Positions 19,277 through 28,587 of a stretch of DNA of 64,000 bases are shown piece after piece. The stretch is taken from NCBI GenBank assembly GCA_014727835.1, contig WJMT01000068.1:12327-76326 (forward strand). The letters are read 5' to 3'. The position numbers and the translations under genes are program-made. This stretch comes from Candidatus Aminicenantes bacterium (GTDB taxonomy: Bacteria; Acidobacteriota; Aminicenantia; Aminicenantales; Aminicenantaceae). Position 1 is the stretch's first letter; every line of letters begins with the position of its first letter. The notes under the pieces were generated by a model. It did not search any database and was not told the DNA's origin. It was given only the letters and a program-made list of their open reading frames with translations.

Positions 19277-21327
19277 TCTTGTCCTCCTCCCCTTAATTTA
19301 AGCCCAAACTCTGTATTCAAAGCTTGGATAATCTTATCTTGAAAGCTGTCCGCTTCCTCAGCAAGCAGAGTCTTTTCTGGGTGACGAAAAACAAAACGGA
19401 AAGACAGGCTTATTTTTTCTCCGGGGATCTCCTTTCCCGTAAACCTGTCGTACAGTACATAATCTTCAAGATAAGGAATATTGAGTTTTTCAATACAGTC
19501 CTTGATTTCTTGGTAGCTGATATCCCGGTCAGAAATAAAAGACACATCACGAACGATCCCAGGATACCGGCTCACAGGAATGTACTCAAACGGTTTGGGC
19601 TGTTTTTCGAGTAAACTCCCGAGGTTTATCTCAGCAGCCCACACTGACTCCTCAATAGAATAGGCATCCACTATAGACTGCTTCATTTGTCCCAGGATCC
19701 CGATTTTTTCTCCTTTAAAAGATAAACTCAATGAATAGTTCCCCTCAAAAAAAGAATTTTCCTCTTTCGTAAAGGAAAACTCATCAAACTTAAGGTGTCT
19801 GAGCAGTTCTTCGCAGGTTCCTTTTAAATGGAAAAAATCTGATTTCTCTGGTTCTTTTTGCCAAAAAACAGGATCCAGCTGCCCCATGGTCACCATACCC
19901 AACGAATATCTCTCAAAACATTTTCCCTCATTCTGGTAAAATATGTTGCCTATTTCAAAAGCATGAATCCCTTCAGCTCCTCTGTTGATATTCCAGACTA
20001 TGTTCCCAAGCAGTCCTTCCAACAGCGTGGTTCTCAATAAAGATGCTTTTGAGGAAACAGGATTTCTTATCTCAATCGCCTCGGAACTGGTTTTGAATAA
20101 TTTTTCCTTGTTTGTGTCCATAAAACTGTAATTAACCACCTCATCAAATCCCTCATGGAATAAAAGCTCCCTGATGCGGTCTTCAATATTTTTTCTCTTA
20201 TTGACTTCCAGGTTGATCCCCTGGAAAACCGGAAGATGAGAGGGGATTTTGTCATAACCATAAAAACGAGCAATTTCTTCAATCAAATCCGCTTCTCGCT
20301 CCAGGTCCACTCTAAAATGAGGAACTTGAACTCTCCATATCCCTTCATTCTGGTTTTCTACTTGGAATCCCATCCTTTTCAATAAATCTGCTATGAATTC
20401 TTCTTCAATCTCAATGCCTAAAAGCTGGGAGACACGGTGATGCCTCAGCACAACTGTCCTTACTTTTCTGGGCTTAGGGTAAATATCCACCAGGCCTTTG
20501 AGTGCCTTGCCTCCCTCCTTGGTCAATAAAGAGGCCACCATACGGGCTGCTTCCGGAGGAAAAGATATATCTGTTCCTCTTTCAAAACGATAAGAAGCAT
20601 CTGTTTGAATGCCAGCTTCTTTCCACGTTTTCCGAATAGAGACGGGATCAAAACACGCACTCTCAATAAAGATGTCCTTGCTTTCATCTGTAACCGCTGT
20701 CTCTTCACCGCCAACCACTCCTGCCAGAGCTAAAGGTTTTTTTTCGTCAGCAATGACCAGCATATCATTGGAAAGCTGAATGCTCTCTCCTCCCAGGACC
20801 TTCAACTCTTCTCCTTTCATCGCCTTTCTCACAATGATCTTATCGCCACTCAGTTTACTCAGGTCAAAAGCATGGATGGGTTGAGCTGTGGAGAATAATA
20901 CATAGTTGGTGACATCAACCACATGATTCACAGGAGACAGCCCCATTGCCTGTATCCTTTTGATCAACCAGGGAGGGGAAGGACCATTGTTGAATCCCTT
21001 GATAATCATTCCGCAGTAACGGGGACACAAATCTTCTTCCAAAACCTGCACGTCAAATACATCGGATATGTTCTCATCTCCCTCAACGACAGGAAACTTC
21101 TGATCTTTTAAGGGGATCCCCTGACTGGCTGCGATTTCCCTAGCAACACCCAGGTGTCCCAGAGTATCAGGCCGGTTTGCATAGGTCTCAAGCTCTAAAA
21201 TGACATCTCCATCCTTCTCTTCCCATTGGTCGACCAAAAGACCAATATTGTTCATTTCATCTACCAGCTTTTCTGGGAATATATTGATATCCAGATATTC
21301 TTTTAACCAGTTTATGCTTATCTTCAT
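19273..21327 (-). CDS. pheT: phenylalanine--tRNA ligase beta subunit (lacks the B2 OB-fold domain)
   Basis: MKISINWLKEYL N-terminus, ANRPDTLGHLGVAREIA, B3/B4, B5 and a C-terminal FDX-ACB-like domain. The protein is 684 aa. Confidence 0.92.
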   Translation of the reverse strand: MKISINWLKEYLDINIFPEKLVDEMNNIGLLVDQWEEKDGDVILELETYANRPDTLGHLGVAREIAASQGIPLKDQKFPVVEGDENISDVFDVQVLEEDLCPRYCGMIIKGFNNGPSPPWLIKRIQAMGLSPVNHVVDVTNYVLFSTAQPIHAFDLSKLSGDKIIVRKAMKGEELKVLGGESIQLSNDMLVIADEKKPLALAGVVGGEETAVTDESKDIFIESACFDPVSIRKTWKEAGIQTDASYRFERGTDISFPPEAARMVASLLTKEGGKALKGLVDIYPKPRKVRTVVLRHHRVSQLLGIEIEEEFIADLLKRMGFQVENQNEGIWRVQVPHFRVDLEREADLIEEIARFYGYDKIPSHLPVFQGINLEVNKRKNIEDRIRELLFHEGFDEVVNYSFMDTNKEKLFKTSSEAIEIRNPVSSKASLLRTTLLEGLLGNIVWNINRGAEGIHAFEIGNIFYQNEGKCFERYSLGMVTMGQLDPVFWQKEPEKSDFFHLKGTCEELLRHLKFDEFSFTKEENSFFEGNYSLSLSFKGEKIGILGQMKQSIVDAYSIEESVWAAEINLGSLLEKQPKPFEYIPVSRYPGIVRDVSFISDRDISYQEIKDCIEKLNIPYLEDYVLYDRFTGKEIPGEKISLSFRFVFRHPEKTLLAEEADSFQDKIIQALNTEFGLKLRGGGQD

Positions 21328-21328
21328 T

Positions 21329-22357
21329 TTAGGAAAACTGCCTTATAAATCTTAAGTCATTCTCATAAAAATTCCTCAAGTCAGGTATTCGGAAAGAAAA
21401 CATAGCGGTTCGATCGATCCCCATCCCAAAAGCAAATCCTGAATATTTTTCAGGATCGATGTTGACATTTTTTAACACCTGTGGATCAACCATCCCTGCT
21501 CCCAGAATTTCAATCCATCCGCCTCCTCCACACACACGGCATTTGCTTTCCTCGCCTCTGCACACAGTGCATTCAATATCAACCTCAGCAGAAGGTTCGG
21601 TAAATGGAAAATAACTGGGCCTGAATCTTATCTTGATCTTTTCATGATAGAGAGCTTTGAGGAAATGCTCCAAGGTTCCTTTGAGATGAGCAAATGTGAT
21701 CCCAAAGTCAACCACCAGACCTTCCACTTGATAGAACATGGGTATATGAGTCGGATCCGGAGTTTCTCTTCTGTAGACCTTTCCCGGATTGATCATTCTT
21801 ATAGGCGGCTTCTTCTTTTCCATAACTCTTATCTGCACAGGTGATGTGTGAGTCCTGAGAAGCAAGTCATCTGTCAAATAGAGCGTATCCCAATCATCCC
21901 TGGCAGGATGATGGGGAGGAAAATTGAGAGCTCCAAAATTGTAGTAGTCTGTCTCTATTTCAGGCCCGTCTTCAATAGAAAATCCCATGGAAAGAAAAAT
22001 CTGTTCGATCCTCTTCTTGTATTTAAGTATAGGATGAGGGGCACCTCTGTATCTCTGTTTTCCGGGGAGAGTGAGGTCGATCTGAGAACCTTTGTATTTC
22101 GGCTTCTCAATTTCACGGTCCAGTTCATCCAGTTTTTGTTGAACATGGATTTTGAACTCATTGATTTTCTTCCCGACCTCTGGTTTTTCCTCGGGAGAAA
22201 CATTTTTCATCTCTTTGAGAAGAAGTGTAATGCGGCCCTTTTTCCGACTCAGATATGTATTCCGCAGTTCCTGTAAAGATTCTTTATCTTCGACCTGAGC
22301 CACTCCTTCATCAAAATTGCTCCGGAGCACCTTGATCTTCTTGATTAAATCAACCAT
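21329..22357 (-). CDS. pheS: phenylalanine--tRNA ligase alpha subunit
   Basis: HPARDDWDTLY, FPFTEPSAEVD and GWIEILGAGMVDP, with a Cys4 knuckle as in the Bacillus enzyme. Confidence 0.95.
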   Translation of the reverse strand: MVDLIKKIKVLRSNFDEGVAQVEDKESLQELRNTYLSRKKGRITLLLKEMKNVSPEEKPEVGKKINEFKIHVQQKLDELDREIEKPKYKGSQIDLTLPGKQRYRGAPHPILKYKKRIEQIFLSMGFSIEDGPEIETDYYNFGALNFPPHHPARDDWDTLYLTDDLLLRTHTSPVQIRVMEKKKPPIRMINPGKVYRRETPDPTHIPMFYQVEGLVVDFGITFAHLKGTLEHFLKALYHEKIKIRFRPSYFPFTEPSAEVDIECTVCRGEESKCRVCGGGGWIEILGAGMVDPQVLKNVNIDPEKYSGFAFGMGIDRTAMFSFRIPDLRNFYENDLRFIRQFS

Positions 22358-22379
22358 TTCAAGTCAACTTTCCCTGTTT

Positions 22380-22730
22380 CTAAGCTTTTTTTGCTTCTTT
22401 GACGATCTGAGAGAATGTATCTGGAGAAGTGGCAGCCAGTTCTGCCAATATTTTCCGATTCAAATCAATATCTTTCTTTTTCAATCCTTTCATGAATTGA
22501 CTGTAAGAAATGCCGTGACTATTGGCCGCGGCATTGATCCTTGTGATCCATAAGCGCCTGAAATCTCTCTTTCGATTTCTTCGGTCTCTGTAAGAATACT
22601 GCAGTGCCTTTTCCACTGCTTCTTTTGCTGTCTTATAATTATGACTTCTTGCACCCCAGTATCCTTTGGCTTGTTTGAGTATTTTTGACCTTCTTTTTTT
22701 TCGTTTCGTTCCTCTTTTGACTCTAGGCAT
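22380..22730 (-). CDS. rplT: 50S ribosomal protein L20
   Basis: [29 protein letters not shown]... Confidence 0.97.
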   Translation of the reverse strand: MPRVKRGTKRKKRRSKILKQAKGYWGARSHNYKTAKEAVEKALQYSYRDRRNRKRDFRRLWITRINAAANSHGISYSQFMKGLKKKDIDLNRKILAELAATSPDTFSQIVKEAKKA

Positions 22731-22817
22731 TTTTTATCTCCATGGATTAAAGTCTTTTTTTAGTTGTTTCCCTTATCCCTTTGTCCAGACTCAAATGACC
22801 CGTAGATATTTTCGATA

Positions 22818-23018
22818 TTAAAAATCGTAAGGCAGCATCCTTTTGATCCGCTGAAGATCCGCTGATTTGATCTGTCCGGGCTTTCTCAAGCCTCTTTTTC
22901 TTTTTGCTGACTTTTTAGTAAGTATATGCCCTCTATAGGCTTTGCTGTAAATAACTTTTTTATTTTTGGTCACTTTAAATCTTTTTTTAGCACCTTTATG
23001 CGTTTTCAGTTTTGGCAT
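22818..23018 (-). CDS. rpmI: 50S ribosomal protein L35
   Basis: MPKLKTHKGAKKRFKVTKNKK... Confidence 0.97.
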   Translation of the reverse strand: MPKLKTHKGAKKRFKVTKNKKVIYSKAYRGHILTKKSAKRKRGLRKPGQIKSADLQRIKRMLPYDF

Positions 23019-23574
23019 CTCTCTCTCCTGCTTTTATTGGGCTTAATAGTGTAGAGACAGCCCAAGGTTGCCTCCGCGTTTTCCCGTCTTTTTTACCCAG
23101 TTCTTTAACATCTTCAAAGACCCTATCAATGATATTGTAGGCCAGTTCTGGTTTGGCTTTTTCCCGTCCTCTCAACATGACAGTGACTTTCACCTTATTC
23201 CCTTCTTTGAGAAATCTTTCGATGTGTCTCACCTTAAAGCTGTAATCGTGAATGCTGATTTTTGGCCTGAACTTGATCTCTTTGGTTTGGACTTGCTTCT
23301 GGTGTTTTTTGGCTTCCTGTTCTTTCTTATGCAAATCGTATAAATATTTCCCGTAGTCAAGAACACGGCACACCGGAGGATTGGCTTTGGGTGCCACTTC
23401 CACGAGATCCAAATCTTTTTCTTTTGCCACTGATAATGCTTTTTCTATTGGAACGATCCCCACCTGATTTTTGTTTTCATCTATCAATCTCACTTTCTTT
23501 GCCCTAATCATTTCATTTGTCCTATGAGGCTTTTTTTTCTTTCTCCTCTTTCGATAAAACTTAGGTCTTGCGAT
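22996..23574 (-). CDS. infC: translation initiation factor IF-3, probably starting at a non-canonical AUC/AUA codon
   Basis: The ORF-track ATG at 23511 truncates the conserved N-terminus. The frame stays open up to the thrS stop and reads I-I-I-ARPKFYRKRRKKKKPHRTNEMIRAKKVRLID. An AGGAGG RBS lies at 23581-23586. Candidate starts are ATA 23580, ATC 23577 and ATC 23574. Confidence 0.85.
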   Translation of the reverse strand: MARPKFYRKRRKKKKPHRTNEMIRAKKVRLIDENKNQVGIVPIEKALSVAKEKDLDLVEVAPKANPPVCRVLDYGKYLYDLHKKEQEAKKHQKQVQTKEIKFRPKISIHDYSFKVRHIERFLKEGNKVKVTVMLRGREKAKPELAYNIIDRVFEDVKELGKKDGKTRRQPWAVSTLLSPIKAGERDAKTENA

Positions 23575-23586
23575 GATTATCCTCCT

Positions 23587-25347
23587 TTAAAGATTGATTT
23601 CTAAGTCCTTATTTTTAATCAATTTCAACATTTTTGCAAGAATCTCTTTAAAATTAAAAGCGCCCTTATCACCTTGGGTGTGGATACGAACAGACACGGT
23701 TTCGCTTTCAACCTCTCTATCTCCCACTACCAAGATCAGAGGAACTTTGTTCTTTTCTGCGTCTCTGATCTTATATCCCATTTTCTCTCTCCGGGCGTCG
23801 ATTTCTGTTCTTATCTCTTTTTCTCTGAGCTCCTTTTTCAAGCCAAAGGCATAATCATGATGTCTATCTGCAATAGGGATGATAAGAGTTTGGACAGGAG
23901 CTAACCAGAATGGAAAATTTCCATTGTAGTGCTCGATCAATATCCCGAAAAATCTCTCTAAGGAACCGAGCAAAGCCCTGTGGATCATAAACGGTCTGTG
24001 AAACTCACCATCTTCTCCCACATAGCTCAAGTCAAATTTTTCTGATAGATTGAAATCGAGCTGAATGGTAGTGCACTGCCATGATCTTTTGAGAGCATCT
24101 TTGATTTTGATATCGATTTTAGGCCCATAAAACACTCCTTCGCCCTCATCGACACTGAAATTTATTTTTTCTGCTTCCAGAGCCTTTTTCAAGGCCTCAG
24201 TGGCTTGGTCCCAATCGCCTTTAGATCCGCTGAATTTTTCTGGCCGGGTGGAGAGATAAACATCAAAATCCTCAAATCCAAAAGTCCTCAACACTCGAAG
24301 GGCCATAGAGATGGTCCTTCTGATTTCCTCTTCCAACTGGTCTGAACGGCAGAATATATGAGCATCATCCTGGGTGAAGCCTCTGACTCTCAAGAGGCCG
24401 TGAAGAACACCTCCCCTTTCATATCTGTAGACAGTTCCTAACTCAGCCCATCTTAAGGGGAGCTCTCGATAGCTTCTCTGGCTGGATTGATAAACCATGA
24501 TATGAAAAGGACAGTTCATGGGTTTGAGCTGATACTCCACATTATCACTGATCAAAGATGGGTAGAGAGCATCATAAAACTCAGTATGTCCGCTCGTCTC
24601 CCACACCTTGAGTTTGGCGATATGGGGAGAATAGATCAGATCATACCCTTCCTTAAAATGCTCCTTTCGCCAGAAATCCTCGATCACAGCTCTTGCGGCA
24701 GCACCTTTGGGATGCCAGAGGATCAAACCCCCCCCTAATTTTTCGTCTGTACTGAAAAGATCCATCTCAGGACCTAACTTTCTGTGGTCCCTTTTCTTTG
24801 CTTCCTCCAGCATTTTCAGGTGATCCGCAAGTTCCTGTTTTGTAAAAAAAGCAGTGCCATAAATCCTCTGCAGTTGGGGCCCGCTTTCATCCCCTTTCCA
24901 ATAGGCCCCTGAAACTGAAAGCAGCTTAAAGTGTTTGACCAATCCGGTTGAAGGCACATGGGGCCCTAGACAAAAATCAATGAAATCTCCCTGCTGAAAG
25001 CAGGAAACTTCTTCTTCACCCTTTTCCTGGATCAATTTGACTTTCAGATCCTGTCCCAGCTGCCTGAACTTTTCAATCGCCTCTTGCTTGGAAAAGATGA
25101 TTTTTTCAATCGGAGTATCCTGTGCTGAGATGTCTTTCATCCTCTTCTCAATGGATTCCAAATCATCAGAAGTGAAAGGCTCTTCTCTTAAAAAATCATA
25201 ATAGAAGCCGTCTTCCACTGCCGGGCCGATCCCTGTTTGAGTTCCAGGGAAAAGATCTAGCACAGCATGAGCCAAAAGATGAGAGGCACTGTGTCTTAAA
25301 GTATCCAAACTGAAAGCTCTGTTTTTATCTTTGTTTTTTTTCTGCAT
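23587..25347 (-). CDS. thrS: threonine--tRNA ligase (no N-terminal TGS domain)
   Basis: HSASHLLAHAV editing-domain motif, a class II catalytic core (RVRGFTQDDAHIF) and an anticodon-binding domain. The protein is 586 aa. Confidence 0.95.
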   Translation of the reverse strand: MQKKNKDKNRAFSLDTLRHSASHLLAHAVLDLFPGTQTGIGPAVEDGFYYDFLREEPFTSDDLESIEKRMKDISAQDTPIEKIIFSKQEAIEKFRQLGQDLKVKLIQEKGEEEVSCFQQGDFIDFCLGPHVPSTGLVKHFKLLSVSGAYWKGDESGPQLQRIYGTAFFTKQELADHLKMLEEAKKRDHRKLGPEMDLFSTDEKLGGGLILWHPKGAAARAVIEDFWRKEHFKEGYDLIYSPHIAKLKVWETSGHTEFYDALYPSLISDNVEYQLKPMNCPFHIMVYQSSQRSYRELPLRWAELGTVYRYERGGVLHGLLRVRGFTQDDAHIFCRSDQLEEEIRRTISMALRVLRTFGFEDFDVYLSTRPEKFSGSKGDWDQATEALKKALEAEKINFSVDEGEGVFYGPKIDIKIKDALKRSWQCTTIQLDFNLSEKFDLSYVGEDGEFHRPFMIHRALLGSLERFFGILIEHYNGNFPFWLAPVQTLIIPIADRHHDYAFGLKKELREKEIRTEIDARREKMGYKIRDAEKNKVPLILVVGDREVESETVSVRIHTQGDKGAFNFKEILAKMLKLIKNKDLEINL

Positions 25348-25526
25348 TTTTCAAAATCCGTATGGAACATCTTTTTCTTTTTATATCCTGACCTAACCCC
25401 CAAACAAGAGGACAGATTTTTCAGCTTATTCGAACAATTTTATATAAGGATAAAAATCAATCTTCATTTCAAGGTTAAGCACATTTTTCATTTTTTGGTC
25501 ACTTTTTATAATTTTTCTTACTCAAA

Positions 25527-25601
25527 TGGTAGGCGCGGAGGGTTTCGAACCCTCGACCTCTTCCGCGTCAAGGAAGCACTCTCCCACTGAGCTACGCGCC
25601 T
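25527..25601 (-). tRNA. tRNA-Val (anticodon GAC), CCA encoded
   Basis: The reverse complement is AGGCGCGTAGCTCAGTGGGAGAGTGCTTCCTTGACGCGGAAGAGGTCGAGGGTTCGAAACCCTCCGCGCCTACCA. It has a 7-bp acceptor stem, GCTC/GAGT D stem, CTTCC/GGAAG anticodon stem with loop TTGACGC, and a GTTCGAAAC T loop. Confidence 0.93.
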
Positions 25602-25625
25602 TTTTCTCGAGTCACAAGCTTATAT

Positions 25626-25654
25626 ATATTAAAGGTTTCCATACGCTCTGTCAA
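25626..25654 (-). promoter_or_regulatory. sigma70-type promoter upstream of tRNA-Val
   Basis: On the minus strand: TTGACA (25654-25649), 17-nt spacer, TAATAT (25631-25626). It lies about 25 nt upstream of the tRNA 5' end. Confidence 0.6.
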
Positions 25655-25675
25655 TAAAAACAGGGGGTGAATGCC

Positions 25676-26158
25676 TTACAGATTGATGATCTCAGCACCC
25701 AGGTCCTTGAGGGAAAGCAGTGCCACAGTGGTTTTACCGGTTAACCATCCTCCTGTTTCCCCAGGATTTATAATTAGGGCCTCTTTGCTCTGATGGATAT
25801 CCGGCTTATGAGTGTGTCCGTAGATGATGACATCATAATCCCCGATTTTCCTCTGTTCCTTCAGCTTAAAATGGGTGTGGGTCACTAGAAATTCCGTGTC
25901 TTTCCAATTGAAGACACGCGGCTCTTCCTGTATGGATCCCAGTGACTCAAACACTCTTTTCAGCCCCTGCTTTTCTCCATCACAATTGCCAAAAACCGCT
26001 TTCACAGGACACTCCAGTCTCTCCAATTCCTTGGCTGCAAAAGGAGCCACAAAATCACCAGCGTGGATAATCAGCTCACACTTGACATCATTAAAAAATC
26101 TCACAGCTTTTTTGACCGCATCACAGTTGTCATGAGAATCCGACATAATTCCGATCAT
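25676..26158 (-). CDS. YfcE/MJ0936-family metallophosphoesterase
   Basis: MIGIMSDSHDN, IHAGDF, GNCDG, GHTHKP motifs. Confidence 0.85.
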   Translation of the reverse strand: MIGIMSDSHDNCDAVKKAVRFFNDVKCELIIHAGDFVAPFAAKELERLECPVKAVFGNCDGEKQGLKRVFESLGSIQEEPRVFNWKDTEFLVTHTHFKLKEQRKIGDYDVIIYGHTHKPDIHQSKEALIINPGETGGWLTGKTTVALLSLKDLGAEIINL

Positions 26159-26256
26159 AAAAGCCTCTTTTCTTACTATACTATCTTGGATGAATCACGA
26201 GTCAAGCTCCATTTAAACAAAAGACAGTTTGTTCCCGAGTGGAAGATGCTGACTTA

Positions 26257-26305
26257 TTGCATTAAATCCCTGTGTATATTAAAATAGGTGATTCTTTCGA
26301 ATCAC
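26257..26305 (+). promoter_or_regulatory. sigma70-type promoter plus a perfect 7-bp inverted repeat at the predicted transcription start
   Basis: TTGCAT (26257-26262), 17-nt spacer, TAAAAT (26280-26285). This is followed by GTGATTC-tttc-GAATCAC (26288-26305), then an AAGGAG RBS and the ATG at 26324. Confidence 0.5.
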
Positions 26306-26323
26306 ATATATAAGGAGACAACG

Positions 26324-27628
26324 ATGAAAAAAGCTATTATCATGGGAGCAGCCGGTAGAGATTTTCATAACTTCAACGTTCACTTAAGAGATAACAAAAA
26401 CTATCAAGTTGTGGCTTTTACTGCCGCTCAAATACCGGATATCGAAGGCAGAAAATACCCTCCCGAACTGTCTGGAGAGCTCTATCCTGAAGGGATCCCC
26501 ATTCACTCTGAAGATAAACTGACAGAATTGATCAAGAAAAATGACATCGATGAAGTCTTTTTCTCTTACAGCGACGTCACCCATGAATATGTGATGCATA
26601 AAGCATCCCAAGTGCAGGCCGCCGGAGCCAGCTTTTCTCTTTTAGGCCCTAAAGAGACCATGCTCAAAAGCCAGCGCCCTTTGATTTCTGTGTGCGCGGT
26701 CCGAACAGGATGCGGGAAAAGTCAAACTTCCAGAAAAATCGCACAGATGCTCAAAAACAAAGGAAAAGACGTGGTGGTGATCCGTCATCCCATGCCTTAC
26801 GGGGACCTTGCCAAACAAGCTGTACAGAGGTTTGCCAGTTATGAGGATATGATCAAGCATGACTGCACTATTGAAGAAATGGAAGAATATGAACCCCACA
26901 TCAAAGAGGGGATCGTGGTGTATGCAGGAGTGGATTATGGAGAGATCCTGAAAAAAGCCGAAGATGAGGCAGATGTCATATTATGGGACGGCGGAAACAA
27001 CGACATTCCTTTCTATTGGTCTGACATTGCTGTGGTGGTGGTGGATCCCCATAGACCGAATCACGAACTTTTGTACTACCCGGGAGAAACCAACTTCAGA
27101 CTAGCTGATGTCCTGGTCATCAATAAAATGAACACTGCGGACCAAGAGAAAGTCGATATCGTGTTGAAAAACATTGAACGGTTCAACCCTGGTGCAAAAG
27201 TCATCAAGGCGAACTCCACCATCGAAGTCACAGACGAACAGGAAATTTCAGGAAAAAAAGTGCTGGTTATAGAGGACGGACCCACCTTGACACATGGAGA
27301 GATGAAATACGGAGCCGGGATCGTTGCAGCTGAAAAATACGGTGCTGCTGAGATCATTGATCCCAGACCTTTTGCAGTAGGGAGCATTAAAAATACGTTT
27401 GAAAAATATTCCCACTTGGACCGGGTACTACCTGCTATGGGTTACGGAAAAAAACAGATCGAAGAGCTCGCACAGACGATTGACAACAGTCAATGTGATC
27501 TCGTGGTCAGCGGAACTCCCATTGATTTGGGAAGACTCATTGAAACAAACAAAAGAATACTCCGTGTCTCTTATAATCTGGAAGAAATCGGCTCCCCAGA
27601 CCTCAATGATCTCCTAGAACAATTCTGA
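26324..27628 (+). CDS. COG2403-like P-loop NTPase (family often annotated as predicted GTPase or cyclic 2,3-diphosphoglycerate synthetase-like)
   Basis: MKKAIIMGAAGRDFHNFNV N-terminus and a Walker A-like motif VRTGCGKSQTS. The ORF-track GTG at 26288 lies inside the operator-like palindrome, so the ATG at 26324 with its RBS is preferred. Confidence 0.55.
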   Translation: MKKAIIMGAAGRDFHNFNVHLRDNKNYQVVAFTAAQIPDIEGRKYPPELSGELYPEGIPIHSEDKLTELIKKNDIDEVFFSYSDVTHEYVMHKASQVQAAGASFSLLGPKETMLKSQRPLISVCAVRTGCGKSQTSRKIAQMLKNKGKDVVVIRHPMPYGDLAKQAVQRFASYEDMIKHDCTIEEMEEYEPHIKEGIVVYAGVDYGEILKKAEDEADVILWDGGNNDIPFYWSDIAVVVVDPHRPNHELLYYPGETNFRLADVLVINKMNTADQEKVDIVLKNIERFNPGAKVIKANSTIEVTDEQEISGKKVLVIEDGPTLTHGEMKYGAGIVAAEKYGAAEIIDPRPFAVGSIKNTFEKYSHLDRVLPAMGYGKKQIEELAQTIDNSQCDLVVSGTPIDLGRLIETNKRILRVSYNLEEIGSPDLNDLLEQF

Positions 27629-28578
27629 TGAAAAGAAAAATCGCCGTCATTGCGTTTGGTGGAAACGCCATATTGCCAAAAGAGCAGCGCGGACTCCAAT
27701 CCGAGCAGATGAAGAACGCCCAGAAAGCAGCCCGTCTGATCATCCATGTGGTCCAAAAAGGATATGACCCGATTGTGGTCCATGGAAACGGCCCCCAGGT
27801 CGGAAATCTGCTGATTCAGATGGAGGAATCCATAAACAAAGTTCCTCCCTTTTCTCTTGAAGTCTGCGATGCCATGACTGAAGGAAGTATGGGATATATG
27901 CTTGAAAAGGCCATCATCAATGAACTGAGGAAAAATTCAATTGATAAACACATAGCGACTCTGGTGACACAAGTGGTGGTGGATAAAGAAGACACCGCAT
28001 TCAATAATCCTTCCAAACCCGTAGGTCCATTCTACTCCAAATATAGGGCACAAATGCTCCGGAGACAGAAAAAATGGGATATGGTGGAAGATGCGGGAAG
28101 AGGGTACCGGAAAGTGGTCCCTTCCCCCAAACCTATAGATATCGTCCCAAAGAAAGTATTGTATGACCTGGTCCATTCAGGAAATATTGTCATCGCTTCC
28201 GGTGGAGGGGGAATCCCGGTCATTATCAATGGAAGAGGACTCTTTCAAGGAGTTGAAGCTGTCATTGATAAAGATTTTTCATCCAGCCTGATTGCCAGAG
28301 AAGTGGACGCAGACCTGTTTATCATCCTCACCAATACAAAATGTGTGTATTTAAACTTTGATACATCCGATGAAGAACCGATAAAAAAAATGACCGCTGA
28401 ACAAGCCCTCCAATACTATGAAGAAGGACAGTTTCCACCTGGTTCTATGGGCCCTAAAATCCAAGCCTCTATCGAATACATACAAAACAGAGGAAGAAAA
28501 GTGATCATCACTTCAGCTAGCCACCTCAAAGCAGCGATGATCAACCGGTCAGGAACCACCATCCTACCAGCTTCATAG
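27628..28578 (+). CDS. arcC: carbamate kinase
   Basis: IAVIAFGGNAIL, VVHGNGPQVGNLL and IASGGGGIPV. Its ATG overlaps the stop of the previous gene. Confidence 0.9.
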   Translation: MKRKIAVIAFGGNAILPKEQRGLQSEQMKNAQKAARLIIHVVQKGYDPIVVHGNGPQVGNLLIQMEESINKVPPFSLEVCDAMTEGSMGYMLEKAIINELRKNSIDKHIATLVTQVVVDKEDTAFNNPSKPVGPFYSKYRAQMLRRQKKWDMVEDAGRGYRKVVPSPKPIDIVPKKVLYDLVHSGNIVIASGGGGIPVIINGRGLFQGVEAVIDKDFSSSLIAREVDADLFIILTNTKCVYLNFDTSDEEPIKKMTAEQALQYYEEGQFPPGSMGPKIQASIEYIQNRGRKVIITSASHLKAAMINRSGTTILPAS

Positions 28579-28587
28579 GGGGAACAA

